Shown here: one piece after another, positions 1 to 10,583 of the stretch | Layout of the letters: each line of letters opens with the position of its first letter | Numbering within the stretch: the first letter of the stretch is position 1 | IMG/VR virus record: IMGVR_UViG_2671180890_000001 | Strand: one strand, 5' to 3' | DNA length: 62,572 nucleotides | DNA from: a virus | Lineage: Duplodnaviria; Heunggongvirae; Uroviricota; Caudoviricetes | Position numbers and translations under genes: made by a program | The notes under the pieces: model-generated | Seen by the model: only the letters and a program-made list of their open reading frames with translations | What the model was told of the DNA's origin: nothing | The model's database searches: none

Positions 1-1745
1 ACTGCAGCAAAAAACAGCCAGGTTGCAGCAGCCCAAAGCGAGAGCGCGGCAGCCGGTTCTGCGACTTCAGCAGCTGGATCAGCAACTGCTGCGGCTAACA
101 GCCAGAAAGCTGCGAAGACGAGTGAAACTAACGCAAAGTCCAGCCAGACGGCAGCGAAGACCAGCGAAACGAATGCCAAAGCCAGTGAAACTGCGGCGAA
201 AAGCAGTCAGGATGCAGCGGCCCAAAGCGAGAGTGCCGCAGCCAGTTCTGCAAGCGCGGCGGCTGCTTCTGCCACTGCATCAGCTAACAGTCAAAAAGCA
301 GCAAAAACCAGTGAAACCAACGCAAAGGTGAGCGAAACAGCGGCTGCGAACTCAGCGAAAGCATCGGCAGCAAGCCAGACGGCAGCTAAAGCAAGCGAAG
401 ATGCAGCCAGAGAGTACGCAAGCCAGGCTGCGGAGCCGTATAAATATGTCTTACAGCCGCTGCCTGATGTGTGGATACCATTTAACGATTCGCTGGATAT
501 GATTACGGGCTTTTCGCCATCATATAAAAAAATTGTTATTGGTGACGATGAAATAACGATGCCTGGCGACAAGATTGTTAAGTTTAAACGTGCATCGAAA
601 GCAACCTATATTAACAAATCTGGTGTGCTGACAGAGGCTGCCATTGACGAGCCACGATTTGAACGTGATGGTCTGCTTATTGAGGGGCAAAGAACAAACT
701 ACATGCTCAATTCGGAAAGCCCTGCCAGTTGGGGGCGATCGTCAAATATGGATGTGCCCGAAACAGGGACGGATAATTTTGGTTTTACCTATGGAAAGTT
801 TGTCTGCAACGATTCTCTGATTGGGCAAACCTCAGCCATTAATATGGCATCAATTGCTGCAACAAAGTCAGTTGATGTCTCAGGCGATAATAAATATGTG
901 ACAACCTCATGTCGTTTTAAAACAGAACTGCAGGTAAGGTTGCGTATCCGGTTTGATAAATATGACGTAGCGCAACAACTTTTCTTGGTGATGCGTATAT
1001 TGATACACAAAACGCTTGAAATTAATATGACAGGCGGTGCTGCCTCAAGGATTACAGCGAGAGTCAGAAAGGACGAAGCTACCGGATGGATTTTTGCAGA
1101 GGCAACAATTCAGGCAATTGATGGGGAGTTAAAAATAGGTTCTCAGATACAGTATTCTCCTAAGCAGGGCGGGCAACCGTATCTGGTGACTATATTTATC
1201 TGGCCACCCCACAAGTAGAAAATGGGCCTTGTGTATCATCTTTTATTATATCAGGAACGACGGCGGCGACCCGCGCAAGCGATATAGTTACAGTTCCCAT
1301 TAAGAATAATTTTTATAATCTTCCTTTTACGGTTCTTTGTGAGGTACATAAGAACTGGTATAAAACGCCAAATGCAGCGCCGCGTGTTTTTGATACCGGC
1401 GGTCATCAAACCGGAGCGGCTATTATTCTTGGCTTCGGTTCTTCAGCAGATTACGACGGATTTCCTTATTGCGATATTGGAGGAGCTAACAGACGGGTAA
1501 ACGAAAACGCATCGCTTGAAAAAATGGTTATGGGATGCGTGTAAAGTCAGATCAGTCTACGTGCTCAGTAAGTAACGGCGTATATCCAGCGAAACAAAAA
1601 CCACATGGTCCTGTATTCAGAACACCGCAATTATCCGTATTGGAGGCCAGACTACAGCCGGGTTACGTCATTTATTTGGTCATGTCAGGAATTTCAGAAT
1701 ATGGCACAAGGCATTGACTGATGCTCAGGTGGGGAGTCAATCTAA
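1..1745 (+). pseudogene. stf: Side tail fibre gene, C-terminal two thirds, fold-back copy broken by homopolymer frameshifts
   Basis: Frame 1 translation matches the 793 aa product of 10583..12964(-) except at GG>G and AAA>AAAA sites near 970-1010 and an indel near 1185. Confidence 0.75.
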
Positions 1746-2026
1746 TGAAAGATTTAACACTCAAATTTGCCGACAGGGCCGACTTTTCGGCCTTTATGGA
1801 GAGTATTGGCTATTATGATGACGAGTCGATGCAGGATGATATTCTTATTGACGTGATAGGTAACGTGTACAAAGAAACCGGAGAACTTACTGAAGATGGC
1901 GAGCCGGTATGTGTTAAGGAAGACGGATATTTTGTAAACGTGCGCATCATTAATGATGCAAAAAAATCGTCAATATTCGATGAATACGTGGTTGCTGTTG
2001 AGCATCAACTTCGTGGCTGGATGTGA
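1745..2026 (+). CDS. Hypothetical acidic 93 aa protein (fold-back copy of 10302..10583)
   Basis: Identical translation to 10302..10583(-). Confidence 0.5.
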   Translation: MKDLTLKFADRADFSAFMESIGYYDDESMQDDILIDVIGNVYKETGELTEDGEPVCVKEDGYFVNVRIINDAKKSSIFDEYVVAVEHQLRGWM

Positions 2027-2035
2027 GGAAGAAAA

Positions 2036-3076
2036 ATGGCTACATCGACAGTAATTCCTGAAGACATCAAAACGCTAAAATCCGACGTTAGCAAATTAAA
2101 AAACGATCAAGGAAGCTACGCAACAAAATCATATGTAGACAGCAAAGATGAAACCGTTGGTGACTGGTCTGCTTCATGGTATCAGCAGGTATTGCCAACT
2201 AGCGGAGCTATATTTGGGAGAAAACTCCGCTCAACTCACCGGACGGCAGGTGTTGAGGATGCGTATTGCGAACTATACCTCAAAAAATGGATAGACAGTC
2301 CAGGTAACGCAATGGCGCGCCTTAACCTGAACGATAACGGGACAAACATTTGCTGGGACTTTACCAACCTTTATGGCGGTACGATGATTTTTCCCGGTGA
2401 CAGCGGATACCTCAAAATGGGTAACTGCCTTATGTCATACAGCAAGCGTGGAAGTAACGCGCTTATTAAATTTGATTACACCGACACATTACAGATCAAA
2501 TATGCCAATCATGGGTCAACCATGACATTAAACACACAGGGAACCGCTTATGCTGGTGTTACTGCTCAATTGTGGGGCAACTCCAGCCGTCCTGTTGTTT
2601 ATGAAGTCGGTGTTGATGGTGGCGCTTATATGTTCTATGCGCAGAAAAATACCGATAACACCTATATGTTAAGCGTTAATGGTGCATGTCATGCCACCGC
2701 ATTTAACCAGCATTCCGACCGGGATCTGAAAGACAACATTCAGGTGATCGATAATGCAACCGACCGCATCCGTAAAATGAACGGCTATACATACACGCTT
2801 AAAGAAAACGGTATGCCCTATGCTGGTGTCATTGCACAGGAAGCTCTGGAAGCAATCCCAGAAGTTGTAGGTTCCGCAGTGAAATATCAGGACGGTGCAA
2901 GCGGATCGGAAGGTGAAGAAGGTGAACGTTATTACACAGTAGATTATTCTGGTATTACTGGCTTGCTTGTTCAGGTAGCCAGAGAGTCAGACGACAGAAT
3001 AACAGCACTGGAAGAAGAAAACGCAGAATTAAAACAAAGATTATCTGCAATTGAGGCGGCGCTTGCGTCTAAATAA
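2036..3076 (+). CDS. Tail fibre or receptor-binding protein with C-terminal S74-type intramolecular chaperone domain (fold-back copy of 9252..10292)
   Basis: Identical 346 aa translation. Confidence 0.65.
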   Translation: MATSTVIPEDIKTLKSDVSKLKNDQGSYATKSYVDSKDETVGDWSASWYQQVLPTSGAIFGRKLRSTHRTAGVEDAYCELYLKKWIDSPGNAMARLNLNDNGTNICWDFTNLYGGTMIFPGDSGYLKMGNCLMSYSKRGSNALIKFDYTDTLQIKYANHGSTMTLNTQGTAYAGVTAQLWGNSSRPVVYEVGVDGGAYMFYAQKNTDNTYMLSVNGACHATAFNQHSDRDLKDNIQVIDNATDRIRKMNGYTYTLKENGMPYAGVIAQEALEAIPEVVGSAVKYQDGASGSEGEEGERYYTVDYSGITGLLVQVARESDDRITALEEENAELKQRLSAIEAALASK

Positions 3077-3103
3077 TATTAAGGGGCCGAGCGCCCCGTT
3101 TTA

Positions 3104-3412
3104 TTGGGTGGGATGAAAATGGATATAACACCTTTCCTTCATGCACTTTGTGCTGTGGCTGCGCAGGTACTGGTTGGTCTTTTTACCGGAAACTGGGCTT
3201 ACGGAGCGATAGCCGGTTGTACGTTCTTCATTGCGCGTGAACACACCCAGGCAGAATATCGCTGGATTGAAATGTTCGGGCATGGCAAGCGGATTAACAT
3301 GCCGTGGTGGGGCGGTTTTGATCCGCGCGTGTGGGATGTGGCAAGCCTGATGGATTTTGCTGTGCCGGTGGTGGCGTGTCTGCTGGTCTGGCTGTTGGTT
3401 TATCGTGGGTGA
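3104..3412 (+). CDS. Small membrane protein (fold-back copy of 8916..9224)
   Basis: Identical 102 aa translation, hydrophobic segments. Confidence 0.45.
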   Translation: MGGMKMDITPFLHALCAVAAQVLVGLFTGNWAYGAIAGCTFFIAREHTQAEYRWIEMFGHGKRINMPWWGGFDPRVWDVASLMDFAVPVVACLLVWLLVYRG

Positions 3413-3574
3413 AAAAAGGTGAGCTGTATATGCAACGGAGGAAGAAACCCCGTTGCTGGAAGCCTGGAAAAAGTATCGGGTGTTGTTGAATCGTGTTGAT
3501 ACATCACTATCTCCAGATATCGAGTGGCCAAGTCAACCATAAATCAATATCCCCTGCAATGCAGGGGATATTTC

Positions 3575-4540
3575 TTAATTATCAGTAGATTGTTCCTCTA
3601 GTAACAACTCAATTCTGCTTAGTATTTCTTTAGATATTTTTCGGCTATCAATTTTTATAGTTACAAAATTACCTTTATATCTAGCCGTGATCCCTTCCCC
3701 ATATTTTTTCTCGTCTTTTGTTTTTTCCTCGTCGCCAACCAGAACAGAGTCAGATAATATTTGTATAATCCGTGAAGCTTCTAAATCCTCGCCGTTTTTT
3801 TTAATTGCCAGAAGATGATGAGCAGCATTGCTCATGGCAGCCATGTTTTTTTTGTAGACCTTAAACAAAGAATCTCCAGCACGAGCTGACAGTTCTCCTG
3901 GATGATTGAAGATAGCTAATATATCTTTTGGTAGACCAGCTGTATTAATACAGCGAGTGATAATATTTCTGTCTATATTTTCAGCCTCGGCTAATGCTTT
4001 AACGTTACCATCAAAGTCATTTAGCTTGCGTAAGTATCTCTTTCCTCTTTCGTATGCACTAATAGGCCTATAATCGTTACCAATTTGGGATAACCAATGC
4101 ATCTGTTCATCGTCGAGATCACCTATTAAGACGCGATAGTCACATCCTGTTAATATCGCTGCTTTTCTTCTACGTGAGCCGTCAGCGACTTCAACGATTC
4201 CAGACACTTTTCTGGCGAAAGCTGGATTTTGTTGTCCAGACGTTAGAAAAGATGGGATTAAATCGGCTAGAGAGGATTCATTTAATAAATCTTGATCGCG
4301 TTCATTACCTAGCCATACCATTGTTGCCATTTCAACTTTATCTGCGGGAATTGTCTCTAACTTAAAGTTAACATTACGTCCGCATACTGGCAAAGTTATG
4401 CTGTTACCGGTTAATGAACTCAGTTGACGTTTTAAATCACCAACCATAGGTGATACGGGCTGATGTTCAGGGGCATGATGATTATTACTCATAATGCGAT
4501 TAATATCTGGAGCATTTTTTAGAAGAGAGCGCTGTTTCAT
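3575..4540 (-). CDS. sopB: SopB/ParB partition protein (fold-back copy)
   Basis: Identical to 7788..8753(+). Confidence 0.85.
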   Translation of the reverse strand: MKQRSLLKNAPDINRIMSNNHHAPEHQPVSPMVGDLKRQLSSLTGNSITLPVCGRNVNFKLETIPADKVEMATMVWLGNERDQDLLNESSLADLIPSFLTSGQQNPAFARKVSGIVEVADGSRRRKAAILTGCDYRVLIGDLDDEQMHWLSQIGNDYRPISAYERGKRYLRKLNDFDGNVKALAEAENIDRNIITRCINTAGLPKDILAIFNHPGELSARAGDSLFKVYKKNMAAMSNAAHHLLAIKKNGEDLEASRIIQILSDSVLVGDEEKTKDEKKYGEGITARYKGNFVTIKIDSRKISKEILSRIELLLEEQSTDN

Positions 4541-5707
4541 TATTCGTTCTCCCAGCGAGGTTTTATTAGATCATCAAAAATTTCTCGGCAAACAGGGTCC
4601 CATATAGAAACAGCATTTCTCCATGCATTCAATGTTGAACGTTGGTTTGCTGCTTGTTCAAATACTGTTCTCATTTTTATCTGGCCTTTACCTACTTCAT
4701 CGGTAACGCGTACAACCTGACGTAATACCATTGATCCCCATGTATTTCTTATTTGTTCTTCCATCCATCGTGATTGATTCCCTGTAGTGAGACTATATTT
4801 AGTCAGAAGTAAGCGAACGGTTGGCTCAAATCCACCTAGGTCAACGCTTTCCAATAGATCGAGAAGCATTGTGAAAAAACTGTAGAACAGAAGCGTAATC
4901 AAATAATTCTGCAGGTGTAGCAACAACAATAACGTCAGCGGCACAAACAACGTTAATGGTTCCTGTACCGAGGTTCGGAGCACTATCTATAACGATAACA
5001 TCGTAGTTATCCCAAACTGATTCAATAGCTGCGCGCAGCATAAGGTGTGGAGGATGAGGCAATTTACCCTGAGCATGATATTGCATGAGATCTGTTTCTA
5101 TACGATGTAAAGCTAGGCAGCTAGGGATAATGTCTAGCCCAGGCCAACATGTTGGCTTTATAGCATATTCAGCGTTATCGCGTTCTCCTAAGTAAAATGG
5201 CAGTAAAGTATCCTCGGCATGGATATGTAAATCAGGAACATAACCGTGATACATAGAGGCCGTGCCTTGAGGATCGTTACCTTCAACCAAAAGAACACGA
5301 TGACCTTGTAATGCTAACCATTGAGCTTGATGTACCGCAGACGATGTTTTATAAACGCCGCCTTTGTGTGACATAACGGCAAGCACAACAGGGTTTTTAT
5401 CTTGTGGTCGTTGGTTTGGGTTGCCAAAAACTGCTCGCATACTGTTGATTTGATCTATGGTATAACCAGCACGACGTTCAATTCTTCCTCTCATTTCAAA
5501 GTCAGGTGCAGGTAAACGCCCGCTCTTCTCAGCATCTCTAATTGCTTGAGGAGTTACACCAATTAAATCTGCTACTTCAGTTATACCCCATCGGCGGGTG
5601 ATACGCCGAGCTTCAGGACTATCATCACCGAATTGAGCGATAGCAATTGCTTGGGTCATTTCTTGACCTCTCGTAACACAATCTTGCAATAACTTTTTCA
5701 AAGACAT
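4540..5707 (-). pseudogene. sopA: SopA/ParA partition ATPase, fold-back copy with a 1-nt homopolymer frameshift (A6 here versus T5 in the primary copy near 7450)
   Basis: ORFs 4841..5707 and 4540..4983 together reproduce the 388 aa SopA of 6622..7788 in two frames. Confidence 0.8.
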
Positions 5708-6143
5708 ACTGTCATCTCCAGCTTGTAACTTTGCTTAATAATTAAATCTTTGCTTATTTCTAGCAAATTTGCATGAAAAAGGCAAAGCAAAACGAAAAAC
5801 GCAAAGGTGAATATTTGAGCTAAATCATCTTTTGTTCCCCTCCCGAAATGCATAAAACGAACAACGATATAATCATAACTAATTGATATTTATTATCTTT
5901 TTTAAAGAAAGGAAATCATGTAAAACTAGGGAAACATGATAAGAATCATCAATGAGATACGTTTTCTCTATTAGTTCTCCCAATCTTACCAATACGAGAA
6001 CATAAACAGAGAACATAAAAATCAAGTAATGATACAAACACAATAAAGAACATAAATAAAGAATTAAAACCAATGCTAAATAAAGCAGTACATAATATGA
6101 GAACATTACACCAAATGAGAACATTAATCAAGAACACAACGAA

Positions 6144-6185
6144 ACATAATTCCCCATTATACGTGCGTATAATGGGGAATTATGT
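6144..6185. repeat. Left hairpin telomere (telL) read-through: 20 bp arms around a non-self-complementary TG centre at 6164-6165
   Basis: ACATAATTCCCCATTATACG-TG-CGTATAATGGGGAATTATGT; arms closely resemble the N15 telO palindrome. Confidence 0.85.
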
Positions 6186-6189
6186 TTCG

Positions 6190-6460
6190 TTGTGTTCTTG
6201 ATTAATGTTCTCATTTGGTGTAATGTTCTCATATTATGTACTGCTTTATTTAGCATTGGTTTTAATTCTTTATTTATGTTCTTTATTGTGTTTGTATCAT
6301 TACTTGATTTTTATGTTCTCTGTTTATGTTCTCGTATTGGTAAGATTGGGAGAACTAATAGAGAAAACGTATCTCATTGATGATTCTTATCATGTTTCCC
6401 TAGTTTTACATGATTTCCTTTCTTTAAAAAAGATAATAAATATCAATTAGTTATGATTAT
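6190..6460. promoter_or_regulatory. AT-rich iteron array (about 6 copies of TATGTTCTC-like motif) between telL and sopA; candidate sop promoter or protelomerase/partition protein binding region
   Basis: Repeated ATGTTCTC / GTTGTGTTCT motifs read directly; the predicted ORFs here are mirror-symmetric and low complexity. Confidence 0.35.
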
Positions 6461-6621
6461 ATCGTTGTTCGTTTTATGCATTTCGGGAGGGGAACAAAAG
6501 ATGATTTAGCTCAAATATTCACCTTTGCGTTTTTCGTTTTGCTTTGCCTTTTTCATGCAAATTTGCTAGAAATAAGCAAAGATTTAATTATTAAGCAAAG
6601 TTACAAGCTGGAGATGACAGT

Positions 6622-7788
6622 ATGTCTTTGAAAAAGTTATTGCAAGATTGTGTTACGAGAGGTCAAGAAATGACCCAAGCAATTGCTATCGCTCAATTCG
6701 GTGATGATAGTCCTGAAGCTCGGCGTATCACCCGCCGATGGGGTATAACTGAAGTAGCAGATTTAATTGGTGTAACTCCTCAAGCAATTAGAGATGCTGA
6801 GAAGAGCGGGCGTTTACCTGCACCTGACTTTGAAATGAGAGGAAGAATTGAACGTCGTGCTGGTTATACCATAGATCAAATCAACAGTATGCGAGCAGTT
6901 TTTGGCAACCCAAACCAACGACCACAAGATAAAAACCCTGTTGTGCTTGCCGTTATGTCACACAAAGGCGGCGTTTATAAAACATCGTCTGCGGTACATC
7001 AAGCTCAATGGTTAGCATTACAAGGTCATCGTGTTCTTTTGGTTGAAGGTAACGATCCTCAAGGCACGGCCTCTATGTATCACGGTTATGTTCCTGATTT
7101 ACATATCCATGCCGAGGATACTTTACTGCCATTTTACTTAGGAGAACGCGATAACGCTGAATATGCTATAAAGCCAACATGTTGGCCTGGGCTAGACATT
7201 ATCCCTAGCTGCCTAGCTTTACATCGTATAGAAACAGATCTCATGCAATATCATGCTCAGGGTAAATTGCCTCATCCTCCACACCTTATGCTGCGCGCAG
7301 CTATTGAATCAGTTTGGGATAACTACGATGTTATCGTTATAGATAGTGCTCCGAACCTCGGTACAGGAACCATTAACGTTGTTTGTGCCGCTGACGTTAT
7401 TGTTGTTGCTACACCTGCAGAATTATTTGATTACGCTTCTGTTCTACAGTTTTTCACAATGCTTCTCGATCTATTGGAAAGCGTTGACCTAGGTGGATTT
7501 GAGCCAACCGTTCGCTTACTTCTGACTAAATATAGTCTCACTACAGGGAATCAATCACGATGGATGGAAGAACAAATAAGAAATACATGGGGATCAATGG
7601 TATTACGTCAGGTTGTACGCGTTACCGATGAAGTAGGTAAAGGCCAGATAAAAATGAGAACAGTATTTGAACAAGCAGCAAACCAACGTTCAACATTGAA
7701 TGCATGGAGAAATGCTGTTTCTATATGGGACCCTGTTTGCCGAGAAATTTTTGATGATCTAATAAAACCTCGCTGGGAGAACGAATAA
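6622..7788 (+). CDS. sopA: SopA/ParA partition ATPase, F-plasmid SopA type
   Basis: 388 aa; Walker-type KGGVYKTS motif; near full-length resemblance to F SopA (from memory). Confidence 0.95.
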   Translation: MSLKKLLQDCVTRGQEMTQAIAIAQFGDDSPEARRITRRWGITEVADLIGVTPQAIRDAEKSGRLPAPDFEMRGRIERRAGYTIDQINSMRAVFGNPNQRPQDKNPVVLAVMSHKGGVYKTSSAVHQAQWLALQGHRVLLVEGNDPQGTASMYHGYVPDLHIHAEDTLLPFYLGERDNAEYAIKPTCWPGLDIIPSCLALHRIETDLMQYHAQGKLPHPPHLMLRAAIESVWDNYDVIVIDSAPNLGTGTINVVCAADVIVVATPAELFDYASVLQFFTMLLDLLESVDLGGFEPTVRLLLTKYSLTTGNQSRWMEEQIRNTWGSMVLRQVVRVTDEVGKGQIKMRTVFEQAANQRSTLNAWRNAVSIWDPVCREIFDDLIKPRWENE

Positions 7789-8753
7789 TGAAACAGCGCT
7801 CTCTTCTAAAAAATGCTCCAGATATTAATCGCATTATGAGTAATAATCATCATGCCCCTGAACATCAGCCCGTATCACCTATGGTTGGTGATTTAAAACG
7901 TCAACTGAGTTCATTAACCGGTAACAGCATAACTTTGCCAGTATGCGGACGTAATGTTAACTTTAAGTTAGAGACAATTCCCGCAGATAAAGTTGAAATG
8001 GCAACAATGGTATGGCTAGGTAATGAACGCGATCAAGATTTATTAAATGAATCCTCTCTAGCCGATTTAATCCCATCTTTTCTAACGTCTGGACAACAAA
8101 ATCCAGCTTTCGCCAGAAAAGTGTCTGGAATCGTTGAAGTCGCTGACGGCTCACGTAGAAGAAAAGCAGCGATATTAACAGGATGTGACTATCGCGTCTT
8201 AATAGGTGATCTCGACGATGAACAGATGCATTGGTTATCCCAAATTGGTAACGATTATAGGCCTATTAGTGCATACGAAAGAGGAAAGAGATACTTACGC
8301 AAGCTAAATGACTTTGATGGTAACGTTAAAGCATTAGCCGAGGCTGAAAATATAGACAGAAATATTATCACTCGCTGTATTAATACAGCTGGTCTACCAA
8401 AAGATATATTAGCTATCTTCAATCATCCAGGAGAACTGTCAGCTCGTGCTGGAGATTCTTTGTTTAAGGTCTACAAAAAAAACATGGCTGCCATGAGCAA
8501 TGCTGCTCATCATCTTCTGGCAATTAAAAAAAACGGCGAGGATTTAGAAGCTTCACGGATTATACAAATATTATCTGACTCTGTTCTGGTTGGCGACGAG
8601 GAAAAAACAAAAGACGAGAAAAAATATGGGGAAGGGATCACGGCTAGATATAAAGGTAATTTTGTAACTATAAAAATTGATAGCCGAAAAATATCTAAAG
8701 AAATACTAAGCAGAATTGAGTTGTTACTAGAGGAACAATCTACTGATAATTAA
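7788..8753 (+). CDS. sopB: SopB/ParB centromere-binding protein
   Basis: 321 aa; ParB motif GSRRRKAA; start overlaps sopA stop (TAATGA). Confidence 0.9.
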   Translation: MKQRSLLKNAPDINRIMSNNHHAPEHQPVSPMVGDLKRQLSSLTGNSITLPVCGRNVNFKLETIPADKVEMATMVWLGNERDQDLLNESSLADLIPSFLTSGQQNPAFARKVSGIVEVADGSRRRKAAILTGCDYRVLIGDLDDEQMHWLSQIGNDYRPISAYERGKRYLRKLNDFDGNVKALAEAENIDRNIITRCINTAGLPKDILAIFNHPGELSARAGDSLFKVYKKNMAAMSNAAHHLLAIKKNGEDLEASRIIQILSDSVLVGDEEKTKDEKKYGEGITARYKGNFVTIKIDSRKISKEILSRIELLLEEQSTDN

Positions 8754-8754
8754 G

Positions 8755-8783
8755 AAATATCCCCTGCATTGCAGGGGATATTG
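8755..8783. terminator. Bidirectional hairpin terminator after sopB
   Basis: Perfect inverted repeat ATATCCCCTGC-A-TTGCAGGGGATAT. Confidence 0.5.
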
Positions 8784-8915
8784 ATTTATGGTTGACTTGG
8801 CCACTCGATATCTGGAGATAGTGATGTATCAACACGATTCAACAACACCCGATACTTTTTCCAGGCTTCCAGCAACGGGGTTTCTTCCTCCGTTGCATAT
8901 ACAGCTCACCTTTTT

Positions 8916-9224
8916 TCACCCACGATAAACCAACAGCCAGACCAGCAGACACGCCACCACCGGCACAGCAAAATCCATCAGGCTTGCCACATCCCACACG
9001 CGCGGATCAAAACCGCCCCACCACGGCATGTTAATCCGCTTGCCATGCCCGAACATTTCAATCCAGCGATATTCTGCCTGGGTGTGTTCACGCGCAATGA
9101 AGAACGTACAACCGGCTATCGCTCCGTAAGCCCAGTTTCCGGTAAAAAGACCAACCAGTACCTGCGCAGCCACAGCACAAAGTGCATGAAGGAAAGGTGT
9201 TATATCCATTTTCATCCCACCCAA
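8916..9224 (-). CDS. Small integral membrane protein, function unknown
   Basis: 102 aa ORF with hydrophobic segments; start uncertain. Confidence 0.45.
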   Translation of the reverse strand: MGGMKMDITPFLHALCAVAAQVLVGLFTGNWAYGAIAGCTFFIAREHTQAEYRWIEMFGHGKRINMPWWGGFDPRVWDVASLMDFAVPVVACLLVWLLVYRG

Positions 9225-9251
9225 TAAAACGGGGCGCTCGGCCCCTTAATA

Positions 9252-10292
9252 TTATTTAGACGCAAGCGCCGCCTCAATTGCAGATAATCTTTGTTTTAAT
9301 TCTGCGTTTTCTTCTTCCAGTGCTGTTATTCTGTCGTCTGACTCTCTGGCTACCTGAACAAGCAAGCCAGTAATACCAGAATAATCTACTGTGTAATAAC
9401 GTTCACCTTCTTCACCTTCCGATCCGCTTGCACCGTCCTGATATTTCACTGCGGAACCTACAACTTCTGGGATTGCTTCCAGAGCTTCCTGTGCAATGAC
9501 ACCAGCATAGGGCATACCGTTTTCTTTAAGCGTGTATGTATAGCCGTTCATTTTACGGATGCGGTCGGTTGCATTATCGATCACCTGAATGTTGTCTTTC
9601 AGATCCCGGTCGGAATGCTGGTTAAATGCGGTGGCATGACATGCACCATTAACGCTTAACATATAGGTGTTATCGGTATTTTTCTGCGCATAGAACATAT
9701 AAGCGCCACCATCAACACCGACTTCATAAACAACAGGACGGCTGGAGTTGCCCCACAATTGAGCAGTAACACCAGCATAAGCGGTTCCCTGTGTGTTTAA
9801 TGTCATGGTTGACCCATGATTGGCATATTTGATCTGTAATGTGTCGGTGTAATCAAATTTAATAAGCGCGTTACTTCCACGCTTGCTGTATGACATAAGG
9901 CAGTTACCCATTTTGAGGTATCCGCTGTCACCGGGAAAAATCATCGTACCGCCATAAAGGTTGGTAAAGTCCCAGCAAATGTTTGTCCCGTTATCGTTCA
10001 GGTTAAGGCGCGCCATTGCGTTACCTGGACTGTCTATCCATTTTTTGAGGTATAGTTCGCAATACGCATCCTCAACACCTGCCGTCCGGTGAGTTGAGCG
10101 GAGTTTTCTCCCAAATATAGCTCCGCTAGTTGGCAATACCTGCTGATACCATGAAGCAGACCAGTCACCAACGGTTTCATCTTTGCTGTCTACATATGAT
10201 TTTGTTGCGTAGCTTCCTTGATCGTTTTTTAATTTGCTAACGTCGGATTTTAGCGTTTTGATGTCTTCAGGAATTACTGTCGATGTAGCCAT
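9252..10292 (-). CDS. Second tail fibre or receptor-binding protein with C-terminal peptidase S74-type intramolecular chaperone domain
   Basis: 346 aa; C-terminal SDRDLKDNI ... YTVDYSGITGLLVQ ... coiled-coil tail typical of auto-cleaving fibre chaperone domains. Confidence 0.7.
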   Translation of the reverse strand: MATSTVIPEDIKTLKSDVSKLKNDQGSYATKSYVDSKDETVGDWSASWYQQVLPTSGAIFGRKLRSTHRTAGVEDAYCELYLKKWIDSPGNAMARLNLNDNGTNICWDFTNLYGGTMIFPGDSGYLKMGNCLMSYSKRGSNALIKFDYTDTLQIKYANHGSTMTLNTQGTAYAGVTAQLWGNSSRPVVYEVGVDGGAYMFYAQKNTDNTYMLSVNGACHATAFNQHSDRDLKDNIQVIDNATDRIRKMNGYTYTLKENGMPYAGVIAQEALEAIPEVVGSAVKYQDGASGSEGEEGERYYTVDYSGITGLLVQVARESDDRITALEEENAELKQRLSAIEAALASK

Positions 10293-10301
10293 TTTTCTTC
10301 C

Positions 10302-10583
10302 TCACATCCAGCCACGAAGTTGATGCTCAACAGCAACCACGTATTCATCGAATATTGACGATTTTTTTGCATCATTAATGATGCGCACGTTTACAAAATA
10401 TCCGTCTTCCTTAACACATACCGGCTCGCCATCTTCAGTAAGTTCTCCGGTTTCTTTGTACACGTTACCTATCACGTCAATAAGAATATCATCCTGCATC
10501 GACTCGTCATCATAATAGCCAATACTCTCCATAAAGGCCGAAAAGTCGGCCCTGTCGGCAAATTTGAGTGTTAAATCTTTCAT
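10302..10583 (-). CDS. Hypothetical acidic protein between the two fibre genes
   Basis: 93 aa ORF; start overlaps stf stop. Confidence 0.5.
   Translation of the reverse strand: MKDLTLKFADRADFSAFMESIGYYDDESMQDDILIDVIGNVYKETGELTEDGEPVCVKEDGYFVNVRIINDAKKSSIFDEYVVAVEHQLRGWM

Larger units (their letters stand above)
1..6163. repeat. Fold-back inverted copy of 6166..12327, produced by read-through of the left hairpin telomere; carries homopolymer indels relative to the primary copy
   Basis: Mirror ORF pairs with coordinate sums 12328-12329, e.g. 3575..4540(-) and 7788..8753(+) give identical 321 aa proteins. Confidence 0.85.

Noticed and set aside
5879-6450. Four mirror-symmetric ORFs (5879..6124, 5949..6137, 6192..6380, 6205..6450) encoding Leu/Phe/Val-rich peptides
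   Set aside because: They lie in the AT-rich iteron region flanking the telomere palindrome, are mutual mirror images, have low-complexity translations and no ribosome binding context; treated as non-coding.
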